DNA from: Eledone cirrhosa
Taxonomy: Eukaryota
Assembly: GCA_964016885.1 (NCBI GenBank)
Contig: OZ024750.1
Coordinates: forward strand, 30,876,001 to 30,940,000
DNA: 64,000 bases
Reading direction: 5' to 3'
The position numbers and the translations under genes are program-made. Shown here in pieces: positions 43,405-55,400 of the stretch. Below the pieces are notes generated by a model. The model worked only from the letters and a program-made list of their open reading frames with translations. It made no database searches and was not told the origin of the DNA. The stretch's first letter is position 1, and each line of letters begins with the position of its first letter.

Positions 43405-46400
43405 TCATCATTATTTTATGTCTGCTTTTCCCTGCTTGCAAGGGTTGGATGGATCCTATTCAGCAACTCCCCACTTGTCACGGTCCTTTGTCATCTCCTC
43501 GGTGAGTTTCAGCGATCTGAGGTCTGCTCTCACCACCTCCGCCCATGTTTTTCGTGGTCTACCTCTACTGTGTCTTCCTTCTACTGGGATTTCTTGGCAC
43601 TTCTTTACCCAGTGGTCATCCTCTATTTGCATCACATGTCCATACCATCTCAGCCTTCTCTTCTGCATACCACAACCTATCCCTCTTATACCCAGTTTCT
43701 TTCTCAACTCAGCTATGCTTGGTCATTGACATTGCACATCCAACGGAGCATACTTGCTTCATTTCTCTCCAGCCATCGCATATCCTCTGCAGTTGCTTCC
43801 CATGTCTCACTACCATGCAGCATCGCGCATCTCACACAGGTAGAAAAGATTGAAATAAAAATATCTAGTATTATTTCTCTCTGACCTGGTTGCATCATTT
43901 TACACATTAGTAGGTTTTGTCTTTCTTCCTTCATGAGGTCAATACAATATGTTCCAGACAAAGTACTAAAGTTGATAAAAACAACTAAACTGGTGGCTGC
44001 AGTCCAATGACTGAAACTATTAAAGTGTGCTTGTGTGTGTATGTGTATTTGTGTTAGTGTGTGCATGCATGTATACGTATATGCATGTTATTAACTTATT
44101 TTGGGGGTTAATGAAAAAAATATCATAAAAGATTTCTGAAATGTAAAATACAATATAAATAATGTGTTATTACAAAATAGATTAATTTCTTACCATCTTC
44201 AACTTGACCAGGTGGGCAGTGGCAGCCCTCAGTACAATATGTAGTACTTCCATCTTCAGTAGGTGTAAAGAGATCGTTACATGTTCGAGGATTAGCAGGA
44301 CCACATTCTCGATAAACCTTCGGCTCTTCACACATTACAGCTGCATAAATATTGAAACGACAAGGTTAATATGTATTTTAACATAAGGAACTTATTTGAG
44401 ATTTGTAATTTTACTCATAATGTCCTATACCACATAAAACCACATTAGCAAGACATTCTTGAAAAGTACAAAAAAACACTATGACTGCTTCACATTAAAT
44501 ATTAAAGGGTAGTGGATTGGCAGTATCGGTAGAGGGTCAGATGCCATGATTTTCAGCATAGAGTTACGGCCCTTTACGGTCTGAGTTCAAATCCTGCCGA
44601 GGTTAACTTTGCCTTTCATCCTTATGGGGTCAATAAAACAAAGCACCAGTAATTCACTGGGATAATTACTGATCTTGTGCAAAATGTAGAAACAATGAAA
44701 TAGTTTTTACTTAAGTTTACTGCACATTTTCACAATGATTTATCCTCCAGTAAAGATACTATTAGCATTTTAATTAAGAAACCTGCTGTTTTAAATATTT
44801 TCTGCTAAATCATTAGAGGATGTTAAGAATTAAAGAAGAACCTCATGACAATATAAATAAATGATAAAGTCTCAGAAAGCTGGAAGAATGTGGTAGAAAT
44901 ATATAAAAGGCAAAGGATGACAAATAGAACAATCCAAAGTAGTGTTTTTTCAACATAATATTTCAGAGCTGGTACCCTCTTTTCAAATGTAAAAATGCAA
45001 ATGGTTCAAAACAAAAAAAAAACGATCCATGCTCTTCTCTAATTGGTCTAAGTGTCTAAAATACATATGTGTGGAGCTGTTATAGTAGTCAATCCACTTT
45101 GGCCATTTCCCATTTATTATTTATTTGTGGCTTCTTTTATTTTGAGCTATTTTCATTTTTACATTTGAAAAGAGGGTAATAGCCCTGAAATATTATGTTG
45201 AAATATACTGGGTAAAAATATTACTTTGAGGAACAACATGATCTGTATCAAACATTATCTCAGCAATTTCTAGTGAGTATCAAGTATAATGAAAAAATAT
45301 CTAGCCAGGAGTATAAAGTCTGCCTCTCTTTTTACTTTATCCTTTATACATTATTTAATTTTCTTTATTCCAGTTTGTTATATCATATTCTTCTTCTTGA
45401 GTCATCTGATGCCTTGATGTGGTGGTGAGGCATTGACAAAGTTTGATCTCCAGAGTCCTTGGTCAGCCAGTGCAGCATACAGATCTGTTCCTTTAAGGCC
45501 TGTGTCCATCTTGATCATATATTTTAAGGTGATATATGGTCAGCCAACTGGTCACTTTGCAAGAGGAGCAAACTTCCAGTGGGTCCATCATGGTGAGTGA
45601 CATGGCCAGCAAGGGCCAGATGAGGATGCTTCATAACATCAGAGATGAGGTGCAGGGATCCATTGAGAAACTTGTATGCTGAATATAGCATTCTGGTGTT
45701 TGTATCATCAAGTCTCTTGCAGCAAACAACATTCAATGTCCACAACTCCAAACTGTACAGAAGTATTGTTTTTACACAGGTCAGAAACATCCTTGTTTTT
45801 TATGTTCTTGTAGATGGCTGGCTTCCATACCCACTGCATGTTATATCAAATTACTAATAAATTTATTGATCAAAGAAATCAAATAGGTGAGAATATATTA
45901 ATCAATAATGATCAATGACATAAAACTGTAACCTACCACATCTATTATTGTTTCTCCATTTAACAACAATCCCATTACTGGAACATCTTCTGGCAAAGTT
46001 AGCAAGAGCTGTACATAAACATTCACAATCCCCTCCTAAAGCACAACTAGAAATATATAAATATAGGAAATTATTTTCAATTGAGAAAAGAGGAGTACAT
46101 ATGAGCAAATATGAACTAAATTACAGATATGCTAATGACATAAATAACATTATTTCTTATTAAAATAAATATAAATCTTATCAATAGACAGGGTTGGACT
46201 GTCACCTGCTGGGGCCCTAGGCTATATGAAATTTGAGGCCCTTCTCTACAACAATTCAGGTAAAAAATTTTTAAATAATCATATTAATATTAATGATAAA
46301 GAATAAATTAATATATATATCTTATAATATATATATATATCTTATAAGCACAGATTAAAAGTTTAAGCAATTTCTGCTTTCACCCTAAAATGAGAGCATC

Positions 46401-49400
46401 TGGATTTTGGTCTTTGTAATTATTATTACTATCATAATGGCGCGGTGGATTGGCAGTATCGGTAGAGGGTTGGATGCCATGCTTTCCAGCATAGTTAAGT
46501 CCCTTTACGATCTGAGTTCAAATCCCGCCGAGGTTGACTTTGTCTTTCATCCTTGCGGGGTCGATAAAATAAAGTACCAGTAATGCACTCGGTAATTGCT
46601 GGCCTAAAGTAGAAACAATTATTACTATCATCATCATCATCATCATCATCATCATTTAACGTCTATCTTCCACACTAGCATGGGTTAGACGGGTTTGTCT
46701 CATTTAGAGGCAAGTTAAGTGAGGTAACCATGTCTCGCTCATATAGGACTGTTTCTGGCTGGTTTTCTCTGGCTGGATGCCATTCTTAGTGCCAAACACA
46801 TTTACAGTGTGTGCTGGGTGATTTTTGTTGTGACACCTACACAATCACTTTACAGTGTAGAGGCTGGATGGTTTGTACTACCAACATAACACACACACAT
46901 ATATATCCACCTCCATTTTACATCTATTTTCCATGCTAGCATTATCATCATTTTACATCTGCTTTCCCTTGCTTGCAAGGGTGGGACAGGTCCTTTTCCG
47001 AACAGCATCTCTCCAATCATCACAGACCTTCGTCCTCTCCTCTGTGAGCTTCAGATCTTACCACCCCCACCCATGCTTTTCGTGGTCTTCCTCTACTGTG
47101 TCTTCCTTCCACCAGGATTTTTTGGCACTTCTTTACCCAGCGGTCATCCTCCATGTGCATTACATGTCCATACCAATGCAATCTTCTCTCCCGCACACTA
47201 CAACTTAGCCCTCTTATACACAGTTTCACTCTCAACTCACCTATGTTTGGTCATTCACACACATTGACATTTCACATCCATTGGAGCATGCTTGCCTCAT
47301 TTCTCTCCAGCTGTCACATATCCTCCACAGTTGCTGCCCATGTCTCACTACTATGTAACATCGCACATCTCATGCTGGCATCATATAACCAGCCTTTCAT
47401 TCGTAGGGAGAAACCCTTCGTTGTCAACAGAGGAAGCAGCTCCCTAAAATTCTTCCATCTAGTCCTTATTCTAGATACTATGTCCTCAGAGCATCCTCCT
47501 CCCTTGTTAATCTGATCACCTAGGTACCGGAAGCTATCAACGATCTCTATAGATCCTACCTGCATTTGAAAAATGTGTCTATCACTACCACTTCTACTAT
47601 CAAGTTTCCCTGAACATCTATTGCATATAAAGTTTTCCCTTCCTCTTAGTTTGCCTGCTATCCCACTACACCTCTTGTGTACCCAAGATCTGCATTGAGT
47701 ACATTCTATAGAATTTATGCCAACTCTTTTTCTACATATCGAACATGGCCATTTCCCTGATGGAATACGAGTTTTGTCCTCTTTCCTACTCATCAACACT
47801 CTCAGTCCTCTAGATTCCAACCGCTGTTTCCATAGCCAGAATATATTCTCTAACTCCTCTATTGATTCTGCTATAAGTACCAGATTATCAGCATAGTGAA
47901 GTTCCCATGTGCAGCCAGTCTTAAACTCCTCTTTTATGGCTTGGAGGAGAACTATAATCAATAAGAGTGGGGTGAGGACCGAACCCTGATGAACTCCTAC
48001 TTGTATCTGAAATTCCTCACTAAACTCCATTCCTGCTCTCACTTTACTGACAGCTCCTCTGTACATAGCTTGCACTGTCCTCACCTAGTTTCCTTAGGGA
48101 CCACCAGATGACAGATCAGGGTAGTCTATCAAAGGCCTTCTCTAGGTAAATAAAAGCTAAATATAGTGGCTTATTCTTCTCTAAGAACCTCTCTTGTAGT
48201 TGTCTCACTAAGAAAAGGACATCTGTTGTACCTTTTCCAGGTACAAAACCAAACTGTATCCCATGTAATTTGACTATTTCTCTAATTAGCTGTGCTAGCA
48301 TTCTTTCTGTCACTTTCATAACCTGATCCACCAGTTTTATACCCCTATAATTGCTCCTCTCCAGAGCATCCCCTTTACCTTTGTAGCAATTTATAAAAAT
48401 ACTGCTGCACCAGTTTTGGGGTATGGCTCTGCCATATATAGCTTGATTTACTATGCATGCAACCAGTTTAGTTACTACTTTTCCTGATGCCTTCAGCATA
48501 TATAATAATAATTGTTTCTACTTTTGGCACAAGGCCAGCAAAGACCCAGTACATTACTGGTACTGTATTTTATCGACTCCGTAAGGGTGAAAGGCAAAGT
48601 TAACCTTGGCGCGATTTGAACTCAGAATACAAGGGGCGTAACTATGCGTCAAAGCATGGTGTCCGACCCTCTACTGATACTGCCAATCCACTGTACGAAC
48701 GAGGTGTCAAATTATCATTTAGTTATTCAGGTGTGACACGTTTTGTGATTGATCAACTCAAGGTGCAATCTCTATTAATCAGGCCCCTGACTCTGGATTC
48801 CAAAGCTCATCAGACTTCTGTTTGCTTAATGACTATATATATATATATATTATAATTTGTTATGATTTAGTGTTAAAGAATAAAAACTAATGATAAAATA
48901 AAAATATATTTTAAATAATGAGCTCCCCAAGGGTGTGTGGCCCTTAGCTATAGCTTATTTAGCATATAGGTAAATCCATCAATGCCAATAGATGTTGTTT
49001 CGATATAAGGACATGTGTGTATGTGTATGTGTGTGTGTGTGTAAATGACAAAACAAAAATTAAAAAATAAGATGTATACGAAAAAGTAGAAACATTTTTG
49101 TCTTTTGGCTTCAAGATTATGCTTGGAAAATTATTCTTTTTATAATAAATTGTATTAGATATTTTTGAAGAATGACTTGATAAAGAGAAGTGTGTTTAAA
49201 AATTATGTAAATTTTTTCAAACCTACCCACAAGCATCATACATACAATCATCATAGTATTTTCGTACAACATTATCTGGTAAGTTGATTCGACATACTGC
49301 AAATGTAGTGCCATATTTGATAGGAGCACAACTTTCCATAGCCCATTGTCTTCTGGCAGGGAAGAACTGAAATTTGAATTTGCATAGATTACACAATTAG

Positions 49401-52400
49401 TGACAAGAATAATTATTGACATGTTAATATTGCAGTAAACGTTACATAAATTACTATTCCTTTAACTATTAATTTCCTGTATCACATGAAACCATATTAG
49501 TGAGACATTCTTGAAAAGTACAATCAATCAATATGTCACACTGCACTGATTCCTTTGACTCACTGTCATCATCCAATTCAGCAGGTTAACATCTATCAGG
49601 TCAGAAGGATTGCAGTTTTCATCATCACAAATCTGCTTGATTTAAGTCTTGGCTTGTCATCCTCTGTTAGCTCTTCCTTCTGTAGGTTCCCACAAAAGAA
49701 CTTTACTAAAAATTTCATCTTTAGCTCCCCAGCAATGCACCAGAAATCTGATCCAATGCTCTTTGGTGATTTCTGATACTGGACGAAGGTTCTCATACAG
49801 TCACTTATTGGTCATACGATCTCTCCAAGTAACATTCAAAGCCACTCAGTTTCTGAGTGTAGGCTCCATCTAATCATATTTCCAGTTTTTAGGTAAGGGT
49901 CCATGCTGAGCAGCCATACAATAAAACAGAGGTAAAAGTTGATTGAAAGAGGTTTTTTTTTTATGTTGTCTGAAAGTCTAGATTTCTACACTAGAGATAA
50001 CTTGTCAGTGGCACCCGAGGTCTTATTAACACATGTTTACATAGCTTTTACAGCTAGAGACTTAAATATTCAGATAAGTAAATTCTTGTACACCACATTA
50101 TAATTAAAGGGTTTTACTTGAATTTACTGCAAATGTTTACTTTGATGGGGAGAAGAAGGAGAGGTGTTATGATGATAATCCTCACAACAAACATCATCAT
50201 CACCGTTTTACGCCCGTTCTTCCATGCTAGCATGGGTTAGACGGGTTGTCCTGTTGTGGGCAGTGTCTGGTTGGCTGACCATGCCTTGCTCATACAGGAA
50301 CTGATTTTGGCTTGATTTCTACAGCTGGATGCCCTTCCTAACACCAACCTTATTTACAGTGAGTACTGGGTGCTTTTTTCGTGGCGCCTACAGGTCCACT
50401 TTACAGTGTGGGCTAGGTGCTTTTTTGCCCTGGCACCTCCACGACCACCTTGCAGTGGGAGGGTGTGGGGGCATATAATTTATATAATTTTCATATCAAC
50501 AACCTTTATGAAATGTGCTGTTAGTACACATTATAATAATATGTAGGGCGGTGGATTGGCAGTATCGGTAGAGAGTCGGACACCATGCTTTGAAGCATAG
50601 AGTTACGTCCCTTTATGATCTGAGTTCAAATCCCGCCGAGGTTAACTTTGCCTTTCATCCTTACGGGGTCGATAAAATAAAGTACCAGTAATGTACTGGA
50701 TAATTGCTGGCCTTGTGCCTAAAATAGAAACAATTATAATAATATGTATTGGTAGTAGGTAATACTTATATGCTGTTGGGATGAGTTTGATCAATATTAG
50801 TGGTATGGGCCAGATATTGATCAAGCAAGATAACCCTTAAGAAAGAAGAGGAGTGCATGACATGTGGCAGAGAGTGGTAATCCTGAAGCAGATTTAGGTG
50901 GAAAGTGGCATATTCTCTGCTTGACATAAAAGTCAAGGTTTATCTATATAAAAGAGTATTATAATGAGTCTCCAAGGTGCTCAATTAACTGAACTGCCTA
51001 CTTATTATAATATAGTGGAAATAGCTGAGTATTCCAAAGGCACTTGTACCTTTAACATAATTCTCTTTCAGAATAAACATGACAATATGTGACTGGGTGT
51101 GTCCTTTGAGTTGCAGACCATCTGAGTGGTTTCCACATTTTCCATGTACCCAAGTTTTGACCTCTCCATGCTAGCATGGGCTGGACAGAAGGAGGAGGAA
51201 GATAAGAGGAAGAAAAGGAGTGGGGAGGAAGAAAAAAGAACAAGAAAAATAAAAGATGAAATATAAAAGAAAAAAAGAAAAAAGAAAAAAAGAAAAAAAA
51301 AGAAAAAAAAGAAAAAAAAAGAAAAAAAGAAAAAAAGAAAAAAAGAAAAAAAAGAAAAAAAAGAAAAAAAAGAAGAAAAAAAAGAAGAAAAAAAGAAAAA
51401 AAAGAAAAAAAAGAAAAAAAAGAAAAAAAAGAAAAAAAAAGAAAAAAAGAAAAAAAGAAAAAAAGAAAAAAAGAAAAAAAGAAAAAAAGAAAAAAGAAAA
51501 AAAGAAAAAAAGAAAAAAAGAAAAAAAGAAAAAAAGAAAAAAAGAAAAAAAGAAAAAAAGAAAATGAAAAGAAGGCAAAAGGAAAAGAAGAAAAAGAATA
51601 AAAAGGAAAAAAGAAAAAGAAAAGGCAAAAGGAAAAAGAATAAAAAGGAAAAAAGAAAAATGAAAAAGAAAAAAGAAAAAAAGAAAAAGAAAAACATATA
51701 AGGAAAAAATAATAATAATAATAATAAAACAAATTTAACATGTGCTCAATTTTAAAAATCAAAGATTAACATCATCTTACATCACATGGGTGTGTTGTAT
51801 ATTCTGGTTTGTTTTGTGGAATTACAGGACAGTCATAAATCCTCCAACTAAAGGCAAATGCTGCAGCTACATGTTCAACAGAATTGGATCTCGATGTAAA
51901 ATCATTTGTAGTGTCATGGTCAAAATTACCACAGAGACCCTGCACTTGTCCAATCCATTTGTCAGTAAGGTGGATGTAAATCCGTGTTCCTAGGATGGAA
52001 ATAATTTTAGATTATTTTAGGTTAAGAATCATCATAAAAATAATGATTTCTATTATAGGCACGAGGCCAGCAATTTTGGGAGAGAGGAAAGGTGATTAAA
52101 TTGACCCCAGTGCATTACTGGTACTTTATTTTATCAACCCCCGTAAGGATGAACTCAGAATGTAAAGGGCCATAATTCTATGCTGCAAAGCATATTGTCT
52201 GACGCTTCACTGATACTGCCAATCCACATCATAAAATAATAATGTGTGTGTGAGAGAGAGAGAGGTCAGAGAAAAAGAGAATGCAAGAGAGGGTGAAACG
52301 TGAGAGAGAGAAAGAAAGAGAGAGAGAGAATTTCTTTTTAAATATAGTATTTAAAAAAATGTTAACAATCGGGATTAAAGAAATACGGTATTAGACATTG

Positions 52401-55400
52401 AAATGAAAACAGGGGAGGTAATCAACTGAATTATTAAAGGTGCTATGTTACCAACCTAGGGCGAGAGTTCTCATGTTACCATTGCTGCTCTATTGTGTTA
52501 CTAGCCAGAGCATATGAATTATGTCGATAAAAGTATAACTTATTTTTCCCATAAAACTAACTGGCAGGAGACCCAGGAGTAGACCGCAAACAATATGGTT
52601 GAATAACATCCATAAGCACAGCTGGTCTTGCTTGGGGATTCAGCTGGATCAATTAGAGATGGTTGGTTCTGAAAGGACTAGCTGGAAGGAGTACTTGAGA
52701 ACTTTTCATCCACTACCCTCCAGGGAATAAGTGGGGGAAGTAGTGTTAGTAGTAGTAGTAGTAGTAGTAGTAGTAATGATGTTAGGGAGACAAAAGTGTG
52801 GAGAGTGGAGCTTCATACATTTATGAGCATGTGCAACTTTTGGTGAGCTTGCTAGAGCCCACAATGGTGAACTGTCAGGCACACAAAGTGTGAAGTGCTA
52901 AACTACTTGTTTCATTTCCACTTGACCTGATACTGCCAACAAAGATCCTGAGTAACGTGATAACTAGAGAGAAAACATGGCCGTACAGGTATGACAAAGA
53001 AACAAAAGCTCAGTTGTCACAATGGAAGCAGACAATGTCACCAAGGTCCAAAATAGCAGCATGTCAGATACAGAGCACAATCAAGGTAATGCTGATTGTT
53101 ATCTTCAACAACTGAGGTATTGTGCATCAGGAATAGGTACCAGAAGGACAAACAGTTATGAAGGAATACTACCAGAAAGTTCTTCAATGTCTTCATGATG
53201 CAGTTCAATGCAAGAGACCAGATCTGTCTGTGGACCTCACAAAACTGACAGCTGCATCATGACAATGCTTTTGTTCATTTATTGTAGCTGATCCAAAGAC
53301 ATTTCACTCATTCACCAGGGTCCCAACTTTCAAAACATGGCTCCTTTTGACTTCTGGGTGTTTCCAAAACTGAAGATGTCACTCAAAGTCTCCCAACTTT
53401 GATAGCTGAATGGAGTTCAACAGTGGAGCCTAAGAGACATTCTGGAAGAAGTATTCCAGATATGCTTCAAATAGTGAAAGGATCACCAAGTTATGATAGT
53501 GTAGAAGTGTAAGGGTCCTACTTTTCCCAGCTCAAGATTGGATACTTTTTTTGACAAACCTTATATAACATTTTCTCAATTGAATGCGAAACTATTACAT
53601 TATATGAAGAGGCAAACATCACTGATAAAGCATATATACGTATATATTTCGAGATAATTTTAACTATTACATTGAAGTCAGTTGTGCTGTATTTTATACT
53701 TCTGGTTACTCTACTTCTTTTAAAGGCTCTGATATTGTTTATGAGAGTCATAGAAAGAAATCTATGAAACTATTAGTGATTGATTGCCCATATTGAAATT
53801 CATAAATAGTTATTTAAATATTTAAACGATGTGAATTTCATTCAAATTATTTTATTGTTTAATTGCTGTTTCAAGAAATTCCTCTCAAAATCAATCAATC
53901 CTGTCCGATTCTGTTGCCTATGAAATGAAATTGAATTAAACTGCTGTCTCATATCATTTCCATAATGGACAAGAATATGACCTACAAACTAATCTTATTA
54001 AAAATAATAGAGTTCCCATTCTCTTGTCAATAATTCCTGAAGAATAGAATTGTGACTGCCTAGCTATTCAGGACAAATATGACTACAAGTAAACTTTGAA
54101 TTAGCTTTATTGTTCTCAATGTTTAACCCTCTTCCCATTCGAGGGAGATAAATCCTTAATCTGGGATGAGACATGTTGTGACTCATTCTCTGCCACCAAC
54201 CTTGTTGCTTTGGCTACAAACCTGCAATTTCCACACACAAAGCAGAGGAAGATAAGCAAATACTGGGGCTTGTCTGCTTGCTTCCTTTTCAGGCTGATTG
54301 CTGTCATGACCCCCTTCTCTGCTTGGTCCCTACACTGCCGATTTCCTCTGCAAAATTGGAAAGACAGCAGCGTGACTCAGGAAGGAGCCCCATGAGGTTG
54401 GGTGGCTGTTGCAGCAGATCCCACTTGCCATTCTCTGTGGCAATGCCTTCCCCATTCTGTATGTGTGATACACCCAAAACACTACCCAGACTCGGGTGTA
54501 GAGTTTGTCCCTTCCTCCCTCTCCTTTGTTGCTTCATTCTCTTTTTTTTTCTTATCCTTCTTTCCTTTTCCTTTTTTTGTTTCATTTAACTATTATGAGA
54601 CCAAATCATTGTTTAATAATTATTATGAGACCAGATCATTGATTGATAATTATTATAACACCAGATCATTGTATAATAATTATAACATGAGATCATACTA
54701 TAATAATTATTATAACAACACTAGATCTTTCTATGATAATTATTACAACACCAGATCTCTCTATAATAGTTATTTTAACACCAGATGATTCTATAATAAT
54801 TAATATAGCACCAGATGATTCTATAATAACTATTATAACACCAGATCAGTCAACATTAAAGCTGAACCTTACCAAGATCCCACTGGACTGTCAGACCAAT
54901 GTTGGTGAAAAGAGAAAAGAAAAATTCAGTCTTCTTAATGGAGATACCATCTGATGTAAAACCTCGGTCAGAAATTTCTTGGCCATCTATTGTAGGTACC
55001 TTGCCTTGCACAAAGTTAATGGTGTTACCAAAAATATGGATGTTAATATCTTTTGTACATGTTACTGCTGGATATCCACACTTGACATTTTTTATTGTTA
55101 TACTGAAAGTGCCATCCTTTGCTTCAGACATGATATATTCACAGTTTCCTTGAAAACTGTAATGGCTGCCATCAAAAGTTGAATGATGAGGTTCACCAGA
55201 TGCCCAGCATGTAGCTGAAAAAGAAAAAAAATGGAAATCCTTTAAAATGAAGTTAACAATATCAGTTGGAAACAGTTGCTTCTGACAGGACCCACTGGAA
55301 GGAGTGTTTGAGGACTCTGCCCCTATGGCCCTCTCAGGAATAAGTGGGTGAAAAAGAAGTTGATGTGGATGATGAAGTCATCTTAATTATTCATTTACAA

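Larger units (their letters stand above)
46189..48984. mobile_element. Putative hAT-like non-autonomous element split by nested insertions
   Basis: Degenerate termini cagggttgga / tccatcaatg flanked by 8-bp tcaataga / ccaataga. A second copy of the left end lies inverted at ~57970-58025. Confidence 0.5.

Noticed and set aside
44510-44600. tRNA genes
   Set aside because: A/B boxes belong to SINE heads repeated many times with a common body; no convincing cloverleaf.
47314-48499. Active reverse transcriptase gene
   Set aside because: 5'-truncated, frameshifted, and the catalytic YADD reads YADN.
51052-51762. Poly-Phe and poly-Lys ORFs
   Set aside because: Translations of the (GAn) microsatellite.
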